Part shown: positions 27,214 to 39,644 of the stretch, one piece after another
Numbering within the stretch: the stretch's first letter is position 1
Layout: each line of letters starts with the position of its first letter
From: Leucoraja ocellata
Lineage: Eukaryota
Direction of reading: 5' to 3'
Assembly: GCA_036785375.1 (NCBI GenBank)
Contig: JAWMAR010000491.1
Span: 1,364,001-1,428,000, forward strand
Length of the DNA stretch: 64,000 nt
Position numbers and translations under genes: made by a program
The notes under the pieces: generated by a model
Seen by the model: the letters and a program-made list of their open reading frames with translations, nothing else
Told to the model about the DNA's origin: nothing
The model's database searches: none

Positions 27214-29175
27214 CTGGCAAGTATTGAAATAGAAGAAAGTCTTCATTTGATTTTAAACTTGCTGACGAGTTGGCTCATTTTGCCATTTTTTGAATAGTAA
27301 ACAATTGGGGACATTTCACTTGGGCCAAGTTACTTTTAAAATAATTTAATTACTTTTTTTCAAAAGGTAGAGGCAAAACTGTAGATTAGCAACATTTACC
27401 TTTACACAGTTAATAACAGACAGGAATTTATGTTAAACGATTATAAATTTCATAATAGATCACGGCTGGAACATTGCGAGCGCCACACTTTAAGAAAGGT
27501 ATTAAGGGGCAGTGATTTGTCAGAATATTTTTGTTCATTTTTTTTTAGATTTGGGCTTGTCTAGCCAGCGCAGATTCATGATCCATTCTTCATTTCCCTT
27601 GAGAAGGTCGTGGTGACCTATTGAATCATTAGCGGTGGTGAAGGTGATCTTTTTGTATTTTTCGATACGGAATTCCAAAATTTAGACCCAGCAACAATAA
27701 AGGGACTAGTGCTATACTTCTAAACCAGGCTGGATTGAGACCTACAGGGGAACTGGGTTGTTGGTGGTGTTCCCATCTGCTTTATTCCTAGCAATAAAAG
27801 TCTAGGGTGCGGAAAATACTTTGTACAGCCAAGGTAAAGAGCGTTTTTTGCCCCCCCCCCCCCCCCCCCCGGATTTTGATAGTGATGAGCATATTGGCAA
27901 TAATGCCTCTTTCATCTCACCTCTGTTTTCAGCTTTTTAGTCCATGTTTGGACCAAGGCTGGTCCTGGTGGAACCCAAACTGGGCAGCAGTATGTTACAG
28001 ATGAGTAAATGCAGCTTGAATACACTGTCAGCATCATGTGAATATGGTTGATAACTGACAGCAAGGTTATTGGGTGTCAACTAGCTCTGTTGGTTTTGTG
28101 AATCCACATTGTCGGGTAAACGTCTGTGCTGTAATTGTACTGGGGCAGCCTGGCTTGAGGCACGACTTGTTCTGGACTCCACATGAATTATTCAGTCTAG
28201 AGTCATCCATTTTGGTTGGACATGGTTATAAAAGCTTCAGCTTTCTTTTTGTTCCCTGTCTTGGTTCAAGCAATCGTATTATTACAGCAATTGAGCATGT
28301 TAATTGTGAGATCACTTAGTTCTGCCTTGTGCTTTATAACATGCAGCTGGTCCTATACACCTGCAGAAATTTCGATGTGCTTGGTGCCCTTCCAAAATCA
28401 CTCTGCACTACTCATCAAACCGAGGTTAATTTTGGATTAGTTAAAGGCTTGATGTCATAGTACATTGAGTGATATGGTTGACGATGAGATTGTGGTGGTA
28501 GCCATTTCTGTTGCTGAGGATGCACACTTTTGAGATATGTTTTGAACCTATCCCATTTAGTATGAATTAATGCTGCACAGCATGATGGGGAGTGTCCTGG
28601 GTGTGAAGATTAAACTATTTTCACAAGTCAACAAGAACATAGTTATATGGATAGACTAGAGAAGTTGTCCTGGTTTGCCTTTGCCTCAAGGCAAACTGTG
28701 CCAATTTCCTAAATCCTTACAAATTGCTTAAAATTAAGGATTATGACATTGTAAATTGGGTGACTCTTGGGTGTATGTATAAGGAATTAACTGACAAAAA
28801 ATGATTCATTTCAACAGAAACAGGGATAGGGAAGGTTTGGGGGGGGATACACGTTAAACAGAAGCAGATATCTTTGACATGTAGCTTGATCCACACGGAT
28901 GAGTTGGCCAAATGGTTTGTTCCCATGCTCTATGACTCTAATGTAATCCTACTAGTGAGAAGGAAGGAAGGTGAATGAAAGCGTACCAGGCCATTTAGAA
29001 CGAGACAAGGAACCTTTTTTTCACAGAGAGTGGTGAGTTTGTAGAATTCTCTGCCTCAGAGGGCGGTGGAGGCAGGTTCTATGGATGCTTTCAAGAGAGA
29101 GCTAGATAGGGCTCTTAAAAATAGCAGTCAGGGGATATTGCGTACAGTTTTGGTCTCCAAATCTGAGGAAGGACA

Positions 29176-30025
29176 ACTAAGGAGATGGTTGTCGACTTCA
29201 GGAGGGCGCAGCCAGAGCATACACCGCTCAACATTAGTGGCACTGCAGTGGAGAGAGTGGAGAGCATAAAGTTCCTCGGTGTGCAGATAACGGACAACCT
29301 CACCTGGTCCAGGAACACCACTGGGACCGTCAAACGGGCCCATCAGCGACTGCACTTCCTGAGGAAACTAAAACAGGCCTCACTCCCCACCAACATCCTC
29401 AGGACTTTCTACAGGGGCACGGTGGAGTCTGTACTCACGTACTGCATCAATACGTGGTACTGCACCTGCAACTGCTCGGACAGGAAGGCTCTGCAGAGGG
29501 TAGTGAGGGGAGCAGAGAGGATTATTGGCGTCTCCCTACCCTCGGTACAAGAACTGTTCCAGAGCCGCTGTCTGAAGAAAGCACAGAGAATTGCCAAGGA
29601 CAAACTGCACCCCCTCCACACACACCTGGATCTCTTGCCATCAGGCAAGAGATATCGAAGCATCAAAGCCCGGACTACGAGGCTGCTAAACAGCTTCCTA
29701 CCACAGGCTGTGAGGCTGCTAAACAGTCACTCTGCACTCACAGTCACTTGACTTGACTCTGCGGCTGGCACGGACACTTTAATAACTGGCACTGGCCACT
29801 CAAATCAGCGGCCCCGGACATTTTTTTTATGATTGGTTTACTGTTTTTAACATTGTGTTTTTTACCTGATTTTAACTATTTATTCTGTTCCATCAGGGAC
29901 TGGATTGTTTTTTAGTGTTATTATGTGAGAAGTGTTTTAAATTTCATGTGCGAGGCTCCGCTATTCACTGGGAAACGTCTTTTCATTTTGCACTGTACTT
30001 GTTGCTTGCAAGATGACAATAAAGG

Positions 30026-30065
<40 letters not shown>
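29176..30065 (+). mobile_element. Rex1/Babar LINE 3' fragment with (TTGA)n tail, inserted in a CR1
   Basis: ORF 29185-29751 'VVDFRR..KFLGVQITDNLTWS..QRLHFLRKL..LLPSGKRYRS'; CR1 'gaggaaggaca|..ttgccatagaggg' is split around it. Confidence 0.9.
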
Positions 30066-30068
<3 letters not shown>

Positions 30069-30550
30069 CCATAGAGGGAGTGCAGAGAAGGTTCACCAGA
30101 CTGATTCCTGGGATGTCAGGACTTTCATATGAAGAAAGACTGGATAGACTCGGCTTGTACTCGCTAGAATTTAGGAGATTGAGGGGGGATCTTATAGAAA
30201 CGTACAAAAAGGGGTTGGACAGGCTAGATGCAGGAAGATTGTTCACGATGTTAGGGAAGTTCAGGACAAGGGGTCACAGCTTAAGGATAGAGGGGAAATA
30301 CTTTTAGGACTGAGATGAGAAAAACTTTTTTCACACAGAGAGTGGTGAATCTCTGGAATTCTCTGCCACAGAAGGTAGTTGAGGCCTGTTCATTGGCTAT
30401 ATTTAAGAGGGAGTTAGATGTGGCCCTTGTGGCTAAAGGGATCAGGGGGTATGGAGAGAAGGCAGGTACGGGATACTGAGTTGGATGATCAGCCATGATC
30501 ATATTGAATGGCGGTGCAGGCTCGAAGGGCCGAATGGCCTACTGCACCTA
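30062..30550 (+). mobile_element. CR1 3' fragment
   Basis: [22 protein letters not shown] plus CR1 3'UTR. Confidence 0.9.
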
Positions 30551-30942
30551 TTGTGTGTTGTCTATTCTCTCATCCATGAAGTGCTTTTAAAATAGTCATT
30601 GTCGTAAAGTAGGGTGCAGCAGTAATTTGCTCACAGCTCCCACAGGCGATGATATGATTGATAATGGCCGGTTAACTTTAAAAGAACATTTCCAGTAATA
30701 TCTCCCCCCACACGGTGACTTTCTTCTGACTGCCAGCAATGCATCGCCAAGCTGGCGAGGATGAGGAATCCCGCAAGAGGGTACAGAGGCTGGAGGTTTT
30801 GCGGGGACATCTAGTCGCCGCCTATTTATTACTCGTTGAGCAACATTTATTTGGCCAGATGTTGCCGCCCGGACCCTGTTTAGTGTTGGACCGCAGCACC
30901 GCCACCAACCCGCAGCTTTCTAATTATAAACGACCCCCTTGC

Positions 30943-31056
30943 CTCCGGCTCGCAGAACTTGGCTTTGTAGCAGCCGGGCTCCCTCCCCCGCGCCGCCTTC
31001 CTCGCCCGAAACTCCTCGAAAACAGAGTCGTCAAACTCGCAGCCCACGTCCGCCAT
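30943..31056 (-). CDS. C8orf76: C8orf76 homolog exon 1 (start codon)
   Basis: aacATGG; MADVGCEFDDSVFEE..YKAKFCEPE versus human EFEDSVFEE..YCAKLCEPQ; lies in a CpG-rich island; ends at donor AG|GCAAGG. Confidence 0.88.
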
Positions 31057-31126
31057 GTTGGCTCGGCATGTAGCAGCAGACAAATGGTTCCCCCGGAGCG
31101 CAGCGGAGCAGCACAAACGTTCCGGT

Positions 31127-31275
31127 CCCAGTCCCCATCCCCCAGTCCCCATCCCCCAGTCCCCATCCCCCAGTCCCCATCCCCATCCCCCATCCCAGCC
31201 CCAGTCCCCATCCCAGTCCCAGTCCCCATCCCCCAGTCCCAGTCCCCATCCCCCACCCCCCAGTCCCCAGTCCCA
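31127..31275. repeat. Imperfect (CCCAGT/CCCCAT)n tandem repeat upstream of the C8orf76 ATG
   Basis: Directly visible 6-7 nt repeat units. Confidence 0.9.
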
Positions 31276-31614
31276 GGTCCATGCGCGGACCAACATCGAC
31301 TAATAAAATAATAAACTGCTGGAGGAACTCAACGGGTTAGGCAGCATCTGTGGAGAAAAAATACAGACTCCGTTTTGAGCTGGGATCCTTCTTCGGACTA
31401 ATCAGATTCACTGCATTGTAACTGACGACGACTGGTTTTGAGCGGAGGAGTTGAGTGAAACGATCGCCGAGCCTGCTCTCGCTTGGTCTCCACACCTGGA
31501 ACAGCAGATGTGGTTGGAGGCGGTGCAAGTGAACATCTGCCTCACCTACAGGGTCCTTGGATGGAGTTGGGAGGAAGTATATGGACAGGTGTCTCTAACA
31601 AAACTACAGGTTTT

Positions 31615-31812
31615 GTTAGAAACATGGAAAATAGGTGCAGGAGTAGGCCATTCGGCCCTTCGAGCCTGCACCGCCATTCAATATGATCATGGCTGGTCAT
31701 CCAACTCAGTATCCTGTACCTGCCTTCTCTCCATACCCCCTGATCCCTTTAGCCACAAGGGCCACATCTAACTCCCTCTTAAACATAGCCAATGAACTGG
31801 CCTCAACTACCT
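31615..31812 (-). mobile_element. CR1 3' end
   Basis: gaaacatggaaaataggtgcaggagtaggcc tail, shared with the other CR1 copies. Confidence 0.85.
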
Positions 31813-32153
31813 TAGCTTTGGGTTACCTTCATATTTTCTGAGGCACAAGTCAGGAGGCTCCAATAGACCTTAATCTTATCATCTAGTCATTCATTATATA
31901 ACACAGAAACAGGCCTATGACCCAGCTCATCAATGCCAATCAAGTCGCCCAACTGAGCTTGCGCATTACCTAAATCTCTCCCAAACCTTTCCTCTTCGTG
32001 TACGTTTCCATCAAAGATCATCGAGCTTCGCTCTATAATCTTTGGTTTCCAAGTGACACCAAAATTTAAAATGTACAAGAATCTACCACTTTCTCTGGCA
32101 GCTCCTCCACCCTCCATACAGAACACCCTTTGTAAAAAACGGCTGATGGGCTT

Positions 32154-32255
32154 AAACGTGTTGGCATTGTATAATAAGGAGAGTTGGATTTCAGTGTTTC
32201 GTATTCGGTGTTTGGCTGAACCAGACTCGGGGATAAGATTAGGACCGGAATTACA
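32154..32255 (+). repeat. ERV 5' LTR remnant (R-U5 part)
   Basis: About 100 bp aligns with 45499-45604; ends in CA one base before the PBS. Confidence 0.85.
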
Positions 32256-32256
32256 T

Positions 32257-32274
32257 TGGGGACTCGTCCGGGAT
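32257..32274 (+). promoter_or_regulatory. Primer-binding site, tRNA-Pro
   Basis: TGGGGACTCGTCCGGGAT, 17/18 identical to the MLV PBS-Pro TGGGGGCTCGTCCGGGAT. Confidence 0.92.
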
Positions 32275-32841
32275 CTCAACGGATTGCCAAACATAAATTT
32301 GCGTTCAGGGAATTGAGTCGTGTCGGATTGCGAGAGAAGAAATCGGCGCAATGGTGCGACTTTCGCATCAGTTTTCCCCGCTCCGCTAAACGAAGACAAA
32401 TCGGTCATTCGCGTGCTTGTGTTTGGATTCCCAACGAGATCGATAAGATTAGTAGTCCTGGCGAAGCACTGAGGGCGAGGGTTTGAGGCCCTAGAAGGTT
32501 TGAGTCCCCGCCAAGGGGGTTAGAGGCCCCAAGGGTCTTTTGTGGGTTCACAAGGCTCTTCTCCAGCGGGTGAAAAGTCCCACACCTTTGGCAGTCAACA
32601 GCTGTTGCAATTGCAATCCACTGGTTTGGCCCAAGGTTTGAGGGTTGGTAGACACTGGGGTTTGAGGCCCCACTCAGCCTGGGGGATAAGATATTCATCC
32701 AAACATCTTGTTGCTTAAGTACATTTTGATCTTCCTCGTAGTCAAACTCATGCATGGTGGGACCCGTGCACTGTGGAAAGCTGTGACCTCTCCCCCATGC
32801 TTCTTCTTCCAACCTAAAACTACTAGCGTCTGCTAGTGACA

Positions 32842-34847
32842 ACGGGAAACCAAATTGAGATTGATACTGCAGAAGACCCTGAAAGCCCATTACAACTAGT
32901 TTGCAGTAAGTTCACTAAAGAGACAGAGAGCTTGAAGCATTTCTCAGGAACTTTGAATAAATAATTATGAGATGAGATGTGGTCTGAAGGAGGGCTTGGA
33001 ACCCTGGAGGGTGTGAGATATATTGAAAGGATTATATGGCAATGTAGTCAAAGTGAAATCACAAAGGAACTTATTGGACTGTGGAGACAATATTATGAAG
33101 GATTAAGAGAATGCAGAGAGGCTGCAATAATGGAGAATTGTCAGGAGGCAGCTTTGAAACTTGGAATAGAATTGAAAGATGATGAAGGAAACAAACCTCT
33201 AGATACCATAAAGAAGGAATGTGGATGTGCTTCTAGAGAACATAAGGAACAGGAGACAAAGAGGACTCCTGAAGGGAAACTGGCTCTTGTAGAATTAGAG
33301 TTGATGCTTTGGAAGGGTATTTGGAAGATTGGGAGAGTCTTGGTTATTTGGAAGATTAAGAGAAGTTTGCAGCCTCCACCTTATCCCCCTTGTGCTCCCT
33401 TTCTGCCACCTCCACATCCAGCACCTCATGTGCCTCACATATCTCATCCTGTGCCTGCAGCACCACTCACACCCCCTGCTGATCCTATAGTATCACCTGC
33501 TCCCAAGACAGCAGCACCAGCAGAGTTATTTTACTCCCAACAGCTCCAGCACTAACAGATATTCCAGTAACGCTGTACAAGGAGCAAGACAAAGAAAATA
33601 GCTCCCGTGTTTAAAGACAAAGTGCGATCACCAGAACCTTTTTATGATCCTAAACCTAGGAGAATAAAATGACTACCTAGAGAGACAAGATATGCATTTT
33701 AAAAATATCGCCTTCCCCCTAGTGATGAGGATGATACACTGGAGGGTGAAGTAGTCTCTGGGGACACTGAGAGCAAGTCAGACATAGGAAAAATTATGAA
33801 GGAAGACCAAATATCCCGTCGTCAGTTCCCAATGGGGAGATGCCTAACCCAGCCTTTGATCCGGCTAATGCAGTTGGTGCAAACAATCCTCGAACCATTG
33901 ATGTGTATTCCCCATGGAAACCAAATGAAATGATGGCAGTACTGAGTAAAATACCTGACAGAAAGAAATCATCTGCTTCCTTTGTGGACTATCTCCGGAC
34001 CACTATGCATGTGTATCACGTGGACTAGAGAGATTTGTGGGCTGTAATACAACAGATCATAACTCCTACAGAGCATACCAGGTTCCTAGCAACTTTAGGA
34101 CACCCAACTCACGGGGTACCGGCCAAGGTAATTGCTGATTACAATGCAAGAGAAGATGCAGTTTTAACTGCTCATGCCACTACCCTCCAAAAGCCAATAG
34201 ACATCGCTAGGATTCTGGATGTTAGACCAAAGAAAGGAGAGGGAGCAGATGAGATTTTAGAAAGGTTCTCAGAACTATATATGGGTCAGTCAGGCGATTT
34301 AAATTTTCGGAATGGGGCAAGTTCTCCCCAGTACTGCGCAATATTGTTAAACTGTCTGCCAACTAATGTAGCAGAAGCAATCAAGACAAACAACATGGAT
34401 TGGTCGGAGAACAGTGCAAGTCAAATGGCTCGGACAGTTAGGTATCACTGGAAAGATATCAGAAAACAAGAGAACCAGCCAGTAGTTAAGGCAAAAACTG
34501 AATATGTAACGAAAAAGGAGGCGCCAAGATCTAATTTAGACTTATGGAATAGTCTTCAGACAAGAGCAAGGCATGATGCGCCAGATTGGACAAGGGCACC
34601 AGAACCTGATTCTCCAGGTTACCCTGAAGAACCACCTCCCTTAGAACCAATTTGCCCAAGACTACACTGGAAAGGGGATAGTATATTGGGACCAGACCAA
34701 TGTTATACTTGCGGTGGACGAGGTCACTGGAGTGGGGAGCGCCCGACACAAAAACGACAGGAAGGAGGGGGCCAACAGAGAGAGCAAAGAGGTAACTGGC
34801 AAAGAAAATCAGGGGCAGAGAAGACAACCATCCTTCTCTCAAAATAA
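32842..34847 (+). pseudogene. gag: ERV gag (disrupted)
   Basis: ACG-GGA-AAC (mutated Met-Gly myristoylation start) is in frame with ORF 32977; PPPY late domain; capsid 'YSPWKPNEM'; degenerate knuckle CYTCGGRGHW; several stops and frameshifts. Confidence 0.85.
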
Positions 34848-35118
34848 CCCATTGTCACGTTCCTGATTAGCTAACTTGGTGGTGAACGGATGCAAATCTG
34901 ACGAAGAACCTATACTGTCATTACGAGTAGAAGGAAGGATATGCACCTTTTTGCTAGATACAGGGGCATCCATGGCATCTCTTCAATCCATTTATAACCT
35001 TCCCAAGTCTAGTGAAGTTCAGAGCCTGCCCGGATTTCAGGGACAAGTTTGCCAGCACCCTATCCCTGGGCCAATCGAAGTAGTGTACCAAGACAAAGCA
35101 GTAAAACATACATTCTTA

Positions 35119-35270
35119 AGGGCATATCCCACTTGCATTCGCACGCATAGTGCGTGATGACATAGGCAGTGACACGTGGACGCGCGCGGCGCCCCAGGTT
35201 TTTGGGATTCACAAAATCTTCGCGCGCCACCTGCGTGACGCACAAATGACGCCCAAGTGGGACAGGTCCT
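35119..35270. mobile_element. PIF/Harbinger-type MITE inside ERV protease
   Basis: TIRs AGGGCATATCCCACTTG / CAAGTGGGACAGGTCCT; TTA TSD; removing it restores KHTFLVT. Confidence 0.8.
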
Positions 35271-37629
35271 TTAGTAACCACTGAAAATTTTGCAAGAAAA
35301 GAGTCACTGGAAAACACCCCAGAACTAAAATAACAGCCAACCCCATGTTTCCCTGAAAGCACATTTTAAAGTCAGCAAAGTGGTAAAATCAGATGCTTGC
35401 ATTAACTGTGGTCAGCGAGGCTATTGGAGCAAGGAATGCCCGGCATGGAGACAAAAAGAAAAGAGACTATAGCAAGAGCAAAGGGAAGGCTGCAGAGAAA
35501 CTAAGAGGGGAGACAAAATAACTGCTAAGATGACTCGTAAAGGAAAAAATTGGAATGTGAATAATTTGGCACGGATAAGAGGACAAGAAGGAACTGCAGA
35601 GTACGTTAAAATACTTCTAGACCTATGGAAACGAGCTGCAGAAGTTGCTCCACACATCACGAGAAAGGCGAATTTTCCAGCAAGTGCAAAAGACTTGGGA
35701 GCAATGGGAAAGAAAGCAATTGATCTGGCATATCCGAATATATCTGAAGAACAGAGCGTATCTAACCAATGTACTCCCAAGTTGAGTTTGATCAGACACC
35801 CGAGGACAGTTGTTGCCCAGCTATGACAGCATCTGGGGAGTGAAGTATGTGAGTATGTGGACCTGCAAGTGTGGGCAGAAGACGCAACTCAGGTAGGATG
35901 TGTTGCATTGATCCCATCCAGGTAGCTCTCCAGAAAGGGGTGACACTGCCTTCGATACAACAGTACCCATTGAAACAACAGGCAATTCCTAATATAGATA
36001 AGCTGATTCGGGGATTGCTGGAACAAGACATCTTAGTGAAGTGCCAGTCTATTTGCAACACACCAATCCTTGCTGTGCCCGAGGCAGGAAAAGAGGGCCA
36101 GTACAGACTGGTTTGAGAACTTAAGATCTGTCAATGCAGTGGCAGAACCGCTCCATGCCTTGGTGCTAAACCCGGCTCATATTTTAGTGTTGATTCCAGC
36201 GGAAGCGAAGATTTTTTTGAAATGTAGACCTGCAGCATGTATTTATTTTTTTGAAATGTAGACCTGCAGCCAGTATTTATTTGCCTTTACTTACAGGGGG
36301 CAACAATATACATGGACAAGACTACCTCAGGGATTCATTAATTTGCCTACCTTGTTTTCTCGATTACTTCAAGAACAGTTAAGCACCTTAAATTTTAAAA
36401 GGAAATCCACTTTAGTTCAGGATGTAGACGACTTGTTAGTGGCTAGTGTAGATGAGCAGAGCAATTGTGAGGACACTGGTCAATTATTGAACCACTTGGC
36501 AACCTTAGAATATGTGGTCTCCCAGTCCAGAGTATTAATGGCTCAACAAAAAGTAAAGTTTTTGTGAGTGATAATTTCGGCCACGGAAAGAAGTCTAGAA
36601 AGCAGCAGACGAATCAATTTGCAAATTTCCTGTACCAAAAGAGGCAAAGCAGATGAGAGTGGCTCGGTGTGGCGAACTACTGCCGACCCTGGATCCCTGA
36701 TATTGCACTAGACATCAAGGAATAGACTCCTTATACTAACCTAGAGGGTGAATTTCAGTTGGCCAAAGAAGCTCAGAAAGCTTTTGAGAATTTAGAAATC
36801 TTTAATGCAGGCTCCAGCACTAGGAAGGCCACTCTACGATAGACCCTTCCAACTTTAATGTACCATCCTTTCCGAATGTTCAACTGCAGTCCTCACCCAA
36901 AAACATGGGGATTAGCACAGACCAGTGGCTTATTATTCTTCAAAGCTCGACCCAGTAACGAGAAGGCACCCAATATGCACCCAGATCTTAACAGCAATCT
37001 ATAATAGTCTACAGTCTGCTGTAAACCTGATCTAATAGCAGGAGATAGTAGTGTGCAGTTCCCATTCAGTGGCAACCTTGTTGGGACAACTGCAAACTCA
37101 GCATCTGACAATGGCTCGTCAAAACAAATATGAAATGTATCCATTGAACAATCCAAAACTCCAATTCAGACACTGTACAACTTTTAATCCAGCATCTTTC
37201 CTCATTTCACCTCCGGAGGAAGTCAGTCAGAACATTACTGTTTGTTCATAACACAAGAAGAAATATCTGCAAGGGAAGATCTAAAAGACGCTCCTATGAA
37301 GACCCTGATATGACACTGTATGTGGATGGGAGTGCATCCGTTGGGCCCCAGGGAGAGAGACTTTCTGGGTAGGCTATTGTAGACCATGATGGGAACAGTG
37401 TAGAGGCAGCTGCTTTTGAATCACCCTATTCAGCAACACAGGTTGAGCTGTTCGCTTTAATCAGAATATGTATTATTGGAAAGTATCTCAAAGTAAACAT
37501 ATATACAGATTCTAGATATGCATTTGGAGTAGTACATGGCTTTGGACAGCGGTGGAGAAATAGAGGATTCCCAACTTTGTCAGGAACTCAAATATCCCAT
37601 AAGTAGAGCCAGGATTTTGCCACTTTGAC

Positions 37630-39515
37630 CCTGTAGGTCCCTTGCAGTCAGAAACAGGTGAGTTTATCATGGGGAACAAGGATATGGCGGACCAATTGAA
37701 TAACTATTGGCTGAAGAAGGGTTTCGGCCCGAAACGTTGCCTATTTCCTTCGCTCCATAGATGCTGCTGCACCCGCTGAGTTTCTCCAGCTTTTTTGTGT
37801 AACCTCCAATTGAATAACTACTTTGGTTCCGTCTTCACTAAGGAAGACATAAATAATTTGCCGGAAATAGCAGGGGACCGCGGTTAGGCGGGAAGTGGTG
37901 TTGGGTAAATTGAATGGATTAAAGGCCGATAAATCCCCAGGGCCAGATAGGCTGCATCCCAGAGTACTTAAGGAAGTAGCTCCAGAAATAGTGGATGCAT
38001 TAGTAATAATCTTTCAAAACTCTTTAGATTCTGGAGTAGTTCCTGAAGATTGGCGGGTAGCAAACGTAACCCCACTTTTTAAGAAGGGAGGGAGAGAGAA
38101 AATGGGGAATTACAGACCAGTTAGTCTAACATCGGTAGTGGGGAAACTGCTAGAGTCAGTTATTAAAGATGGGATAGCAGCACATTTGGAAAGTGGTGAA
38201 ATCATTGGACAAAGTCAGCATGGATTTACGAAAGGTAAATCATGTCTGACGAATCTTATAGAATTTTTCGAGGATGTAACTAGTAGCGTGGATAGGGGAG
38301 AACCAGTGGATGTGGTGTATCTGGACTTCCAGAAGGCTTTCGACAAGGTCCCACATAAGAGATTAGTATACAAACTTAAAGTACACGGCATTGGGGGTTC
38401 AGTATTGATGTGGATAGAGAACTGGCTGGCAAGCAGGAAGCAAAGAGTAGGAGTAAACGGGTCCTTTTCACAATGGCAGGCAGTGACTAGTGGGGTACCG
38501 CAAGGCTCAGTGCTGGGACCCCAGCTATTTACAATATATATTAATGATCTGGATGAGGGAATTGAAGGCAATATCTCCAAGTTTGCGGATGACACTAAGC
38601 TGGGGGGCAGTGTTAGCTGTGAGGAGGATGCTAGGAGACGGCAAGGTGACTTGGATAGGCTGGGTGAGTGGGCAAATGTTTGGCAGATGCAGTATAATGT
38701 GGATAAATGTGAGGTTATCCATTTTGGTGGCAAAAACAGGAAAGCAGACTATTTTCTAAATGGTGGCCGACTAGGAAAAGGGGAGATGCAGCAAGACCTG
38801 GGTGTCATGGTACACCAGTCATTGAAAGTAGGCATGCAGGTGCAGCAGGCAGTGAAGAAAGCGAATGGTATGTTAGCTTTCATAGCAAAAGGATTTGAGT
38901 ATAGGAGCAGGGAGGTTCTACTGCAGTTGTACAGGGTCTTGGTGAGACCACACCTGGAGTATTGCGTACAGTTTTGGTCTCCAAATCTGAGGAAGGACAT
39001 TATTGCCATAGAGGGCGTGCAGAGAAGGTTCACCAGACTGATTCCTGGGATGTCAGGACTGTCTTATGAAGAAAGACTGGATAGACTTGGTTTATACTCT
39101 CTAGAATTTAGGAGATTGAGAGGGGATCTTATAGAAACTTACAAAATTCTTAAGGGGTTGGACAGGCTAGATGCAGGAAGATTGCTCCCGATGTTGGGGA
39201 AGTCCAGGACAAGGGGTCACAGCTTAAGGATAAGGGGGAAGTCCTTTAAAACCGAGATGAGAAGAACTTTTTTCACACAGAGAGTGGTGAATCTCTGGAA
39301 CTCTCTGCCGCAGAGGGTAGTCGAGGCCAGTTCATTGGCTATATTTAAGAGGGAGTTAGATGTGGCCCTTGTGGCTAAGGGGATCAGAGGGTATGGAGAG
39401 AAGGCAGGTACAGGATACCGAGTTGGATGATCAGCCATGATCATATTGAATGGCGGTGCAGGCTCGAAGGGCCGAATGGCCTACTCCTGCACCTAATTTC
39501 TATGTTTCTGTTTCT
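37630..39515 (+). mobile_element. Young 5'-truncated CR1 with open RT ORF (37895-39430)
   Basis: 511-aa uninterrupted RT C-terminal ORF and CR1 3' tail. Confidence 0.95.
37707..37805 (+). mobile_element. Penelope-like ~100-bp unit with hammerhead core (37711-37738)
   Basis: CTGAAGA-A-GGGT-TTCG-GCCC-GAAACGTT; 15-bp TSD CCAATTGAATAACTA (37692-37706, 37806-37820). Confidence 0.85.
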
Positions 39516-39644
39516 AAATGCCATGTGCCTTTTCATGCCTTTTTTGATGATTTCAGGAATCCTTTTTCAGGATCGTGCTTAAATCAGTCTTTTTTGCCGT
39601 TTTAACATAATTTACAAGAACATTTACACCACCGGGGAAAACCT

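Noticed and set aside
30739-31311. 190-aa + strand ORF with a PSPS/PVPI tail
   Set aside because: Antisense to C8orf76 exon 1 and running through a simple repeat; an artefact of GC content.
31887-32890. Antisense ORFs (173 and 161 aa) over the ERV LTR/leader
   Set aside because: No recognisable motifs, and one crosses the ERV boundary; probably chance.
37895-39430. 511-aa RT ORF as the retroviral pol
   Set aside because: Motifs (QGSVLGP, FADD, RPHLEY) are CR1 non-LTR RT; it is a nested insertion.
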